This document shows positions 46,971-55,739 of a stretch of DNA of 64,000 bases, piece after piece. A program made the translations under genes and the position numbers. The notes below the pieces were generated by a model that ran no database searches, was not told the DNA's origin, and was given only the letters and a program-made list of their open reading frames with translations. Source of the stretch: Minisyncoccota bacterium. GTDB lineage: Bacteria > Patescibacteriota > Minisyncoccia > Phycocordibacterales > Phycocordibacteraceae. The stretch spans positions 47,132-111,131 of the forward strand of contig JAQVIY010000003.1 of NCBI GenBank assembly GCA_028695415.1, in the 5' to 3' direction. The first letter of the stretch is position 1. Every line of letters begins with the position of its first letter.

Positions 46971-46991
46971 ACCGAGGAGAATGTTCACACC

Positions 46992-47035
46992 AAGGCACTC
47001 ATGGATTTTGTCTATCTGAGTGCCTTTTCTTTTTG
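46992..47035 (+). terminator. rho-independent terminator
   Basis: AAGGCACTCA ... TGAGTGCCTT followed by TTCTTTTT. Confidence 0.6.
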
Positions 47036-47049
47036 CATTTCAAGGGAGC

Positions 47050-47093
47050 AACCCCGTCGTTTTATAATATTTCCTCAAAACGGCGGGGTTTTG
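47050..47093 (+). terminator. second tandem terminator hairpin
   Basis: AACCCCGTCGTTTT ... AAAACGGCGGGGTT followed by TTG. Confidence 0.5.
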
Positions 47094-47191
47094 TACCACG
47101 ACCGAAGGGAACGGACGAGGCGCGATTCATTCCTTTCGTTCAAAATGAGTTCGCGCAAAGGTTAATACATCACCGCAAAACACGCTAAAAT

Positions 47192-47668
47192 GTGCGCATG
47201 TCCCGCAACGCACTCCTCGTACCTCTCGCTCTCTTTTTCGTAGCCGGACTCTTCCTTTTTCTCTATAAGACACCGACACCGCCGACAGCGCCAGCGTATA
47301 CTGCGGAGTTTGGCGGCGTGTCCTTGACGCTTGAATATGCGACAACGCCAGCCGAGCGTGAGCGCGGGCTTGGCGGCCGCGCAGATGTCAAAGGTGGCTA
47401 CGGTATGCTCTTCGTCTTCCCTCGGGACGACCGGTATGGCTTCTGGATGAAGGATACGCTTGTGCCGCTCGACATCTTCTGGCTCGATGATAAAGGACAG
47501 GTGGTCTCTATTGCACAAGATGTGGCGATTTCCTCGTATCCTGATGTCTTTTATCCTACTGCGCCCGCGAAGTATGTCTTAGAGACGGCGGCAGGATTCG
47601 CCCTCCGCCACGCCGTCGCGACCGGTACCCCGCTTCTGTTGAAAAGTTTTCCAAGCGTTACAAAATAA
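47192..47668 (+). CDS. DUF192 domain protein
   Basis: N-terminal signal anchor. Core GYGMLFVF...FWMKDTLVPLDIFWLD matches the DUF192 pattern. Confidence 0.6.
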   Translation: MRMSRNALLVPLALFFVAGLFLFLYKTPTPPTAPAYTAEFGGVSLTLEYATTPAERERGLGGRADVKGGYGMLFVFPRDDRYGFWMKDTLVPLDIFWLDDKGQVVSIAQDVAISSYPDVFYPTAPAKYVLETAAGFALRHAVATGTPLLLKSFPSVTK

Positions 47669-47757
47669 CGCTGTCCACACTCGCATTTGCCACAGGGAGG
47701 AGTAAACTTTGAGTATCAAAGGAGAGTTTTATTTACCAACAAATCGCCCTTCACTCT

Positions 47758-50145
47758 ATGTCAAAAGCCGTCAAAGTTTCTGTTCGCGCGAAAGCGATTG
47801 TGCCGGCTGAAGCGCCGAAGTCGGTGATGCAGATTTCAAAAGAAACGAAACGGTATCGCGAAATGATCCCGCAAATAGAGAAGCGTGATGGACGATTAGT
47901 GCAATTTGATTTTGATAAGATATCTTCGGCTATCTGGAAAGCGATGACCGCTTCAGAAGAGGGCGGACAAGACGATGCAGTGCTCGTCGCACACCAAGTC
48001 GCCGGTGAACTGGGGCGATTTGCGAAGAAATATAAGAGTTTCCTTCCGACCGTTGAGGGAATTCAAGACTCGGTAGAGAAATATCTCATCCTCAACGACT
48101 ATGTGAAGACCGCGAAGAACTATATTCTGTATCGTGACAAGCGCGCGCAGCTACGCGCGGTGCATATCGAGGTGCCGGAGCACGTGAAGAAGCTCGTAGA
48201 GGAGAGTAAGAAATATTTTGAGGGCAATGCGCTCGGTGAATTCGTTTACTTACGCACCTACGCGAAGTGGATACCCGAAGAAGGTCGTCGCGAAACCTGG
48301 ATAGAGACCGTCGATCGCTATATGAGCTTCATGCGCGAGAACCTCGGCAACAAACTTACCGAAAAAGAGTATGCCGAAGTGCGCACCGGCATCTTGAAGC
48401 AGGAAGTGATGCCCTCGATGCGTCTTATGCAATTCTCAGGCGAGGCGGCACGCCGCTGTAACACCTGCGCATATAACTGCACTTTCACCGCGCCGACGAA
48501 ACTCGAAGATTTCGCCGAAATCATGTATCTCTCGATGCAGGGATGCGGCGTTGGTTTCGCCGTAGAGAGCCAGAACGTCGAACAGCTCCCGCAGATAATG
48601 AAGCAGGCTGGCAAGAAGGTCGAGACGCATGTCATCGCCGACTCGAAGGAGGGATGGTGCGATGCGCTCACGCTCGGTCTCAAGACCTGGTATGCGGGCA
48701 AGGATATAGCCTTTGACTTCTCGCAGATACGACCGGCAGGCGCACGACTGAAGACCATGGGCGGTAAGGCCTCGGGCCCGGAGCCGCTGCGTTCACTTCT
48801 CGCCTTCGCGCGCGAGAAGATACTCGCACGCGCCGGTCGCCGCCTCCGTACCATCGATGTGCATGACATTATCTGTAAGATCGGCGAGTGCGTCGTCGCC
48901 GGCGGCGTGCGCCGTACCGCGATGATTTCGCTCTCCGACCTCGATGATGTCGAGATGCGCGACGCCAAGAAAGGCCAGTTCTATATGACCGACCCGCACC
49001 GCTCGGTGGCGAACAACTCTGCCGTATACGAGACTCAGCCGACCAACACTGAGCTTATGGACGAATGGGTCGCGCTTATGAAGAGCGGGAGCGGCGAGCG
49101 CGGTATTTTCAATCGCGGCGGTATCGCCGCAACACTCCCGAAGCGCCGTGCTGACTATTTCAAGATGACCGGCTTCATCGGCGAGGATGGCGTGGTGCGC
49201 GGCTCTATTGGTACAAACCCGTGCGCCGAGATCATCCTGCAATCAAAGCAGTTCTGTAATCTCTCCGAGGTCATCGCGCGCGCTCACGACACCGAGACCT
49301 CGCTCCTGCGCAAGGCGCGCCTTGCCGCGATTCTCGGCACTTACCAATCAACCCTCACGAAGTTCGGCTACATCTCGAAAGACTGGACCGACCACTGCGC
49401 CGATGAACGCCTGCTCGGCGTCTCGATAACAGGGCAGTGGGATAGCCCGGTCGCTCGACAGCCGGAAGTGATGCGCAAGGTGCGTGACATGGCGATAAAG
49501 ACGAACACGACCTACGCGAAGCGTTTCGGCGTCGCGCGCTCAATGTCGGTCACGGCGGTGAAGCCCTCGGGCACCGTCTCGCAGACCTTCAACTGCGCCT
49601 CGGGCATCCATCCGCGCCACGCGCCGTACTATATCCGCCGCGTGCGCATCAGCGCGACCGATTCGCTCTTCAAGCTTATGCGCGATCAGGGGGTGCCGTT
49701 CTACCCGGAGGTTGGTCAGTCTATGGAAGAGGCAAACACTTTTGTGCTCGAATTCCCGGTGAAGGCGCCCGATCACTCTAAAGAAGCACGATTCAAAGAC
49801 GATCTCTCAGCGCTCGAACAGCTCGAATACTGGAAGCGCGTGAAGCTCAATTTCACCGAACATAATCCCTCAGCGACCATTTCGGTCTCCGAGAACGAGT
49901 GGATTGCCGTCGTGGATTGGGTGCAGAAGAACTGGAACATCATCGGCGGGCTTTCGTTCCTCCCTCGAAGCAATCACATCTATCGTCTCGCGCCCTACGA
50001 AACGATAACGAAGGACGAATACGAGGCGCGTATGTCTCGCTTCCCGAAGGTGGATTACTCAAAGCTTGTCGCGTATGAACTCCACGACGAGACGGAGATG
50101 AAGAAGGAGCTGGCGTGCGCCGGCGGCACCTGCGAGATTGTCTGA
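47758..50145 (+). CDS. nrdJ: class II (adenosylcobalamin-dependent) ribonucleotide reductase with N-terminal ATP-cone
   Basis: ATP-cone KRDGRLVQFDFDKISSAI. Active-site NPCAEI (thiyl Cys) and FCNLSEV regions. C-terminal CAGGTCEIV Cys pair. 795 aa. Confidence 0.9.
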   Translation: MSKAVKVSVRAKAIVPAEAPKSVMQISKETKRYREMIPQIEKRDGRLVQFDFDKISSAIWKAMTASEEGGQDDAVLVAHQVAGELGRFAKKYKSFLPTVEGIQDSVEKYLILNDYVKTAKNYILYRDKRAQLRAVHIEVPEHVKKLVEESKKYFEGNALGEFVYLRTYAKWIPEEGRRETWIETVDRYMSFMRENLGNKLTEKEYAEVRTGILKQEVMPSMRLMQFSGEAARRCNTCAYNCTFTAPTKLEDFAEIMYLSMQGCGVGFAVESQNVEQLPQIMKQAGKKVETHVIADSKEGWCDALTLGLKTWYAGKDIAFDFSQIRPAGARLKTMGGKASGPEPLRSLLAFAREKILARAGRRLRTIDVHDIICKIGECVVAGGVRRTAMISLSDLDDVEMRDAKKGQFYMTDPHRSVANNSAVYETQPTNTELMDEWVALMKSGSGERGIFNRGGIAATLPKRRADYFKMTGFIGEDGVVRGSIGTNPCAEIILQSKQFCNLSEVIARAHDTETSLLRKARLAAILGTYQSTLTKFGYISKDWTDHCADERLLGVSITGQWDSPVARQPEVMRKVRDMAIKTNTTYAKRFGVARSMSVTAVKPSGTVSQTFNCASGIHPRHAPYYIRRVRISATDSLFKLMRDQGVPFYPEVGQSMEEANTFVLEFPVKAPDHSKEARFKDDLSALEQLEYWKRVKLNFTEHNPSATISVSENEWIAVVDWVQKNWNIIGGLSFLPRSNHIYRLAPYETITKDEYEARMSRFPKVDYSKLVAYELHDETEMKKELACAGGTCEIV

Positions 50146-50369
50146 GACGCCAGAACACCCGGCTACTGCGTTGCTCGCTCCGCTCCTCCCTCGCTGTATG
50201 TCTTGATACGGCTCGGTACGGTGCTCGCTCGCGTCTTGTATCCGGGCGTTCTGACCGTCTCATACGCTAGGTAAGATACGGCGCAGGTTATTTCTTGCTC
50301 GCACCTCGCACCTGGGGCCTTTGAGCGCGCTTTAGCCCACGCGATTCTCATTCTGTTGGGGGAATTCAG

Positions 50370-50927
50370 CTAGCGCCTATCGAGAATGCATAACACTTCG
50401 TCAAAACCGCCCCTGGGCGATCTATCCAAGTGGACAATTTTCCAACCGCCCTGCTCGACCTCTTGCTCAAATGAATCAGAATCGAAATAGCTTCTCCAGT
50501 GTATGTCAGACTTCTGTCTCAATTTAAAATTCACCCAAATATCAAGACGCATCAACCGGAGTTTGCCGAACCAGCCATGGTACAGTTCTTCAACCAAAAT
50601 AATTCGACGAGAAGAGACTCTTTTCATTTCCTTCAATAATTTGTCTCTTTCCTTTACATGATGTAAGACGTACATAGCTATCGATGCTTCAAATGAAGCA
50701 TCTTTAAAAGGTATTTCTTTCCCATCGTACAAGACGAAGTTCCGTAGACTAATTGCTTCTGGATGTTTTATTACGTCCAAGGATGTGACTTGTATTCCGG
50801 CACTCTCCATGAGTTTCGAAAAGTGTCCTAGGCCGCTACCCACTTCTAAGTTTGTTGAGAGAAGATAAGGTCTAATCCTCTCGAACCATTCATTTTGATT
50901 TTCCTCGAGAAAGCCCAGCATGTCCAT
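50370..50927 (-). CDS. class I SAM-dependent methyltransferase
   Basis: Motif I LEVGSGLGHFS. 185 aa, AT-rich. Confidence 0.55.
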   Translation of the reverse strand: MDMLGFLEENQNEWFERIRPYLLSTNLEVGSGLGHFSKLMESAGIQVTSLDVIKHPEAISLRNFVLYDGKEIPFKDASFEASIAMYVLHHVKERDKLLKEMKRVSSRRIILVEELYHGWFGKLRLMRLDIWVNFKLRQKSDIHWRSYFDSDSFEQEVEQGGWKIVHLDRSPRGGFDEVLCILDRR

Positions 50928-51032
50928 CTCAACAGTATAACTCCTTAATATCTCGAGCTACGGGCCTTGTTCGACATGGGAATCTTAATCATGCAGGGGA
51001 AAAGGGGAACAGACACCATTTTTTCTATGAAT

Positions 51033-51064
51033 GAGAAAATCCACGCAGGAGCGTGGATTTTCTC
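51033..51064. terminator. 14-bp perfect hairpin flanking the rnpB 3' end
   Basis: GAGAAAATCCACGC-AGGA-GCGTGGATTTTCTC. Confidence 0.5.
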
Positions 51065-51065
51065 A

Positions 51066-51502
51066 TTTGTGCAGACCGGATCGGTAAGCCGAATTCTGTC
51101 GTGGACGATCATTTATCTGGGACGCTCGTTACCGAGCGCCTCGAGCGGCACTCCCTTCGATTTCTCTCAGGGCACGGCCTTGCATGCGGGTAAGGATTTG
51201 GTCGTTGCACCCTCGTCTTTCGACGAGATTCCCCAGCTCCAGTTTCGAAAAACTGGGGCAGGGGCCGCGGGCTTTCGCCGTTGGCGTCACTGTGGGCACC
51301 TCTATCCTTGCGGACGACGGGCGTTACCCGCTACCTGATTCCCAGCTCCAGTTTCGTGACGCGATTTTGAAATCTACCCATCCGCTTGTGCTGCTGTAGC
51401 ACAGTAAAAGTAGGGCTCTCGTTACGAAACTGGGGCTGGGGCATGTTCGGACTTTCCTCTCCTCACCGAGGTGAAGAGCGATCGCCTAATCCGGTCTAGG
51501 TG
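51066..51502 (-). ncRNA. rnpB: RNase P RNA (bacterial type), with extended helices
   Basis: On the minus strand GAGGAAAGTCCGAAC (P4 5' strand) lies near 51455 and GTCCACGACAGAATTCGGCTTACCGATCCGGTCTGCA (P4 3' strand plus the ACAGAAxxCGGCUUA motif) near 51110-51070. The P4 strands co-vary (CCGAA/TTCGG). P1 pairing TAGACCGG/CCGGTCTG. Also GCAAGGCC and GGGTAACGCCCG blocks. No protein gene in this 680-bp gap. Confidence 0.55.
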
Positions 51503-51605
51503 CATTATACCACACAATATATCTGTGGAGGAAGATGCCTCGACAAGAGAACGAGCACGGTATACTAGACACATTATTACTGGATAAAGACAGCAGAACT
51601 TAATC

Positions 51606-53972
51606 ATGCCTCCACAACAATCAATCAAGCCGCGCCGCTCAATAGAGACTATAAGCGTGTGGGTGCTCATCGCTTCGCTCGTTGTCGCTGTATTCGCGTT
51701 TATTCCGTCGGCATCGGTGTCGTTTATGACGACCAAATCTTTCGTGCTTGCTGCGGGTGCGCTCCTCGCTTTTGCAGCCTACGTGCTCGCACGGCTCTCG
51801 CGTGGCAATGTCATTCTCCCGCCGTTCTTGCTCGTCGGTGCACTCTGGTTTCCCGTAATCGCGTACGTATTGTCAGCAGCCTTCTCAGGCGTACCGTTTA
51901 TGAACGCGCTCTGGGGCTCGTCGCTTGAAACAGATACGCTCGGCTTCATGCTCGCTGTGGCGATCTTTGGTACTCTGACCGCTCTCGTACTGCGTCGCTC
52001 CGAGCACTACCGCACCTTCCTCCGCACGAGTGTTTTCGCATTCGCCGCCCTGGTTGTTGTCCAAGCGCTCATCCTTATTGTCGGACAATTTGCTCCGAGC
52101 ACCGTGTCGCCCTCATTTTCTCCTGTCGGTTCGGTGAATGATCTCGCGTCCATTCTCGGTCTCGGCGTCATCGGTATCCTCATCGCGCTTCGGGAACTCG
52201 ATGTTGATCTGCGTGCGCGCCGTATCCTGCTCGCATGCGTCGTCCTCGCGCTCGCGCTTCTCGCCGTCGCCAACGTCGCGCTCGTGTGGACTCTCCTCGC
52301 ACTCGTTTCGCTCGGTTTCTTCGTCGAATCGGTCATGCGCCGCGGAGATAAGGGAGGAGACACCGATCTCGCCGATGTTTCGTTCATTGAAGAAGAGCCG
52401 CTCAGCACGAACGGAAACAACCGTCCGCTCGTTATGCCGCTTGTCGTACTCGCGGTCTCGCTCTTCTTCCTCATTGGTGGCACGCTCGGCAACGCTCTTG
52501 CGAGCGCACTCAACGCAGGTCAGGTACAGGTGCGTCCCTCATGGCAGTCAACCCTTTCGGTCGGACAGAAAGTATTTTCTTCGACCCCCGTCTTAGGTTC
52601 TGGTCCTGGAACATTCGGCGTAGAATGGCTCAAATACCGCGACGCGTCCCTCAACGCAACGATATTCTGGAACGTTGATTTCTCTTCGGGCATCGGCTTC
52701 ATCCCGACCTCGTTCGTGACGACCGGTCTTGTGGGAGGTATCGCGTGGATAGCGCTCCTCACGCTCTTCATCGTGTTCGGTCTGCGCATGCTTATTCGCC
52801 GCGCACCGGAGGACGCCTTCATCCGCTTCGTCGCGTTCTTCTCGTTCCTCGCGTCGGTGTATCTTTTCACCATTACTCTCTTTGATCTCCCCGGCGCGGT
52901 CGTACTCGCGCTCGCATTCGTCTTTGCGGGGCTCTTCGCTTCGACCATGCGATTCAGCTCTCGCGGGGGGCAGTGGGGCGTCATATTCGCGCGGAGTCCG
53001 CGACTCGGCTTCATCATCGTCTTTGTTCTCACTGTATTCCTTCTTGGATCGGTCGCTCTGGCATACACGCTTGTCGGGCGCGCGGTTGCTTCCTATCAGC
53101 TTGGCGTAGCTTCGAACGCGTTTGCGGCGGGGAACCTCGATGCGGCCGATACGGCGGCACGAAGCTCTGCTTCTTTCGCTTCCACGGCGAGAACGTACCA
53201 GCTTCAAGCAGGTATTGCGCGCGCTCGGCTTGGCCAAATAGCATCATCAACGACGATGCCAGCCGCCGCAGCGCAGAAGGCATTCCAAGATGCGCTCTCA
53301 TCCGGTATCACCGCGGCCTTGGCCTCTACGAACCTTTCTCCATCCGACTATCAAGGTTGGCTCATGCTCGGCGACCTCTATGCGCAGGCGGTGCCGCTTA
53401 GCGTAACGGGAGCGTATGACGGAGCTAAGGCGGCGTATGAGAAAGCGCAGGCGCTCAACCCGACCAATCCACAGATACCGTACATCATTGCAGAGCTCAA
53501 TATCGCAAACAAGGACTACAAGGCGGCTCAAGAGAACCTCAAGGCAGCCATCGCTCTCAAGCAGGACTACACGACCGCGATTCTGCTTCTCTCACAGCTT
53601 GAGGTGCAGGACGGCAACGTGAAGGAAGCGCTCAACTCTGCTCTTGCTGCGGCATACTTCACGCCGAATGATCCGAGCATCCTCTTCCAAATCGGTATTC
53701 TCTATGCCGTGCAGAGCGATCTCACGAACGCCGGAGCGGCGCTCGAAGCGGCGGTATCGGCGAATCCTCAGTTTGCGAACGCGCGCTACTTCCTCGCGGC
53801 GGTGTATGCAAAGCGAGGAGACCTGAAGAGTGCGCAGGCACAGGTGCAGGCGATAGCGGACATGTCGGCCGACAACGCAAAGGCAGTCGCCTCGCAGCTC
53901 GCCGCACTCGCTACCGGCACCAATCCGTTCCCTGCGAACCTCCTCTCGGTATCCTCGACCCCGGTGAAATAA
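51606..53972 (+). CDS. O-antigen-ligase-like (Wzy_C) polytopic membrane protein with C-terminal TPR repeats
   Basis: 788 aa. About 12 TM helices in the N-terminal 500 aa. C-terminal 250 aa is Ala-rich TPR-like (AKAAYEKAQALNPTNPQ... repeats). Confidence 0.6.
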   Translation: MPPQQSIKPRRSIETISVWVLIASLVVAVFAFIPSASVSFMTTKSFVLAAGALLAFAAYVLARLSRGNVILPPFLLVGALWFPVIAYVLSAAFSGVPFMNALWGSSLETDTLGFMLAVAIFGTLTALVLRRSEHYRTFLRTSVFAFAALVVVQALILIVGQFAPSTVSPSFSPVGSVNDLASILGLGVIGILIALRELDVDLRARRILLACVVLALALLAVANVALVWTLLALVSLGFFVESVMRRGDKGGDTDLADVSFIEEEPLSTNGNNRPLVMPLVVLAVSLFFLIGGTLGNALASALNAGQVQVRPSWQSTLSVGQKVFSSTPVLGSGPGTFGVEWLKYRDASLNATIFWNVDFSSGIGFIPTSFVTTGLVGGIAWIALLTLFIVFGLRMLIRRAPEDAFIRFVAFFSFLASVYLFTITLFDLPGAVVLALAFVFAGLFASTMRFSSRGGQWGVIFARSPRLGFIIVFVLTVFLLGSVALAYTLVGRAVASYQLGVASNAFAAGNLDAADTAARSSASFASTARTYQLQAGIARARLGQIASSTTMPAAAAQKAFQDALSSGITAALASTNLSPSDYQGWLMLGDLYAQAVPLSVTGAYDGAKAAYEKAQALNPTNPQIPYIIAELNIANKDYKAAQENLKAAIALKQDYTTAILLLSQLEVQDGNVKEALNSALAAAYFTPNDPSILFQIGILYAVQSDLTNAGAALEAAVSANPQFANARYFLAAVYAKRGDLKSAQAQVQAIADMSADNAKAVASQLAALATGTNPFPANLLSVSSTPVK

Positions 53973-54056
53973 GCCGGAGTACCGGCTGAAAAGTAGAATC
54001 AGAGTCTCACTTTGTCCTCACTCGCTTGGCAGTACATTGTAGAGTAAAATAGGGCA

Positions 54057-55739
54057 ATGGTTCGGAGATTTCTCGAACGTATCGCGGCACCTGTACGCGG
54101 CCTGCATCAGGCCGCGTACTTGCTCGCGGCACTCACGCTCGCGTCGCAGGCTCTCGCGCTTCTGCGCGACCGAACTTTCGCGCACGCCTTTGGTGCAGGG
54201 CAGGTGCTTGATCTCTACTATGCCGCTTTTCGCGTGCCAGACCTCGTCTTCGCACTGGTATCGTCGCTCGTCTCCGCCTATGTGCTCATACCGCGTATCA
54301 CGGGCATGGATAGGGAATCGACACGCCGCCTCCTTTCCGAGTCGGCGACATTCCTCTTCGGTGTCGGCGGGCTTATCTGTGTCGTGTTGGCCGTCTTCAT
54401 GCCGCAGTTCCTTGCCGCACTCTACCCAAGCCTCATGGCGTCTCCGTATCAAGCAGAATTCGTACTGCTCGCACGTATTTTGCTCGTCCAACCAATCTTG
54501 CTCGGCCTCTCCGGCATTCTCGGGAGCGTGACGCAAGTGCACCGACGCTTCGTACTCTTCGCGCTTTCGCCGGTGCTCTACAACGCGGGCATCATCTTCG
54601 GCGCAGCGTTCCTCTATCCGCTCTGGGGTCTTTCCGGCATCGGCATCGGTGTCGTCATCGGCGCGCTCGCATACCTGTTCGTCAATCTACCAGTCGTTAT
54701 CGGGGCCGGCGTCATGCCGAATTTCAAGATGCCAAGATTCGCACTCATGATGCCGGTGATGCGCGACTCGATACCGCGCTCGCTTGCGCTCGGCATGGGT
54801 TCCATCACGGCGCTCGTTCTGACCGCGCTCGCCTCAAGAGTCGGCACAGGCTCGGTTTCGGTCTTCACCTTCGCGAGCAATCTCGAGGCCGTTCCGCTCT
54901 CGCTTATTGGCGCGTCCTATGCGGTAGCGGCGTTCCCGGCGCTTTCTGAGGCGTCAGGGAGTGAACGCCGGGAAGAATTTACGAGCATCCTTTCCTCGAG
55001 CGCGCGGCATATCATCCTCTGGTCGCTCGTGTCACTGGGTCTCATTGTCATTTTACGCGCTCACCTTGTGCGCGTTATCCTCGGCACGGGGGCATTCGAT
55101 TGGAATGCGACGCGCCTCACTGCCGCCCTGCTCGCGGTTCTCACAGTCGGCCTCGTCGCGCAAGGGTTGGTGCTCCTCTTCTCGCGTGCTCTCTATGCCG
55201 TACGGCAGTCCTGGCGGCCGCTTGCGTACCAGATTGCCGGAGGCGTGCTCACGGTTATACTCGCTCTATCATTCCTCGCGATGCCGAATGACGGGCTCCC
55301 GGTTTCACTTGCCGCTTTTCTCAAGGTCGCTGATGTAAGCGGTACCGCCGTCCTTCTGGTGGCGCTTGCCGCGACGCTCGGTCAGATATTCCTCGCGATA
55401 CTCTCGCTCGTCGCGCTTCGCGACGTCTCCCCCGGCCTCGCGCGTTCGTTTATACGACCGCTCATAGACGGCTCGCTCGCTGCGATCGCCGGCGGCGCGG
55501 CGGCGTACGCCACCCTTGCGCTCGAGGGAGGCATCGCTCCGCTCACCACTCTCGCAGCGGTGTTCACCCAGGGCCTCGCGGCGGGCGTCGTGGGCCTCAT
55601 CTTCTCTGCGCTCGCGCTGTATGTTGTTGAGAATGAAGAGTTTCGCATCGTCACGGGCGCACTTGCGCGCCTCATCCGCGTGCCCGCTACGCGCTCAGAA
55701 GCGCTGCTCCCTTCGGCAGAAGAGCCTACCCAGCCATGA
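54057..55739 (+). CDS. murJ: lipid II flippase MurJ/MviN
   Basis: 560 aa with 14 TM helices. N-terminal ALLRDRTFAHAFGAGQVLDLYYAAFRVPDLVF matches the MurJ start consensus. Confidence 0.8.
   Translation: MVRRFLERIAAPVRGLHQAAYLLAALTLASQALALLRDRTFAHAFGAGQVLDLYYAAFRVPDLVFALVSSLVSAYVLIPRITGMDRESTRRLLSESATFLFGVGGLICVVLAVFMPQFLAALYPSLMASPYQAEFVLLARILLVQPILLGLSGILGSVTQVHRRFVLFALSPVLYNAGIIFGAAFLYPLWGLSGIGIGVVIGALAYLFVNLPVVIGAGVMPNFKMPRFALMMPVMRDSIPRSLALGMGSITALVLTALASRVGTGSVSVFTFASNLEAVPLSLIGASYAVAAFPALSEASGSERREEFTSILSSSARHIILWSLVSLGLIVILRAHLVRVILGTGAFDWNATRLTAALLAVLTVGLVAQGLVLLFSRALYAVRQSWRPLAYQIAGGVLTVILALSFLAMPNDGLPVSLAAFLKVADVSGTAVLLVALAATLGQIFLAILSLVALRDVSPGLARSFIRPLIDGSLAAIAGGAAAYATLALEGGIAPLTTLAAVFTQGLAAGVVGLIFSALALYVVENEEFRIVTGALARLIRVPATRSEALLPSAEEPTQP

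Noticed and set aside
50967-51736. ORFs 50967-51338 (+), 51184-51399 (+) and 51422-51736 (-) in the gap before the O-antigen-ligase-like gene
   Set aside because: The gap is better explained by a minus-strand RNase P RNA. The ORFs lack RBSs and have odd composition.
52007-53237. Several long minus-strand ORFs (up to 214 aa) inside 51606-53972
   Set aside because: Arg-rich antisense artefacts of a GC-rich gene whose +strand product is a coherent polytopic membrane/TPR protein.
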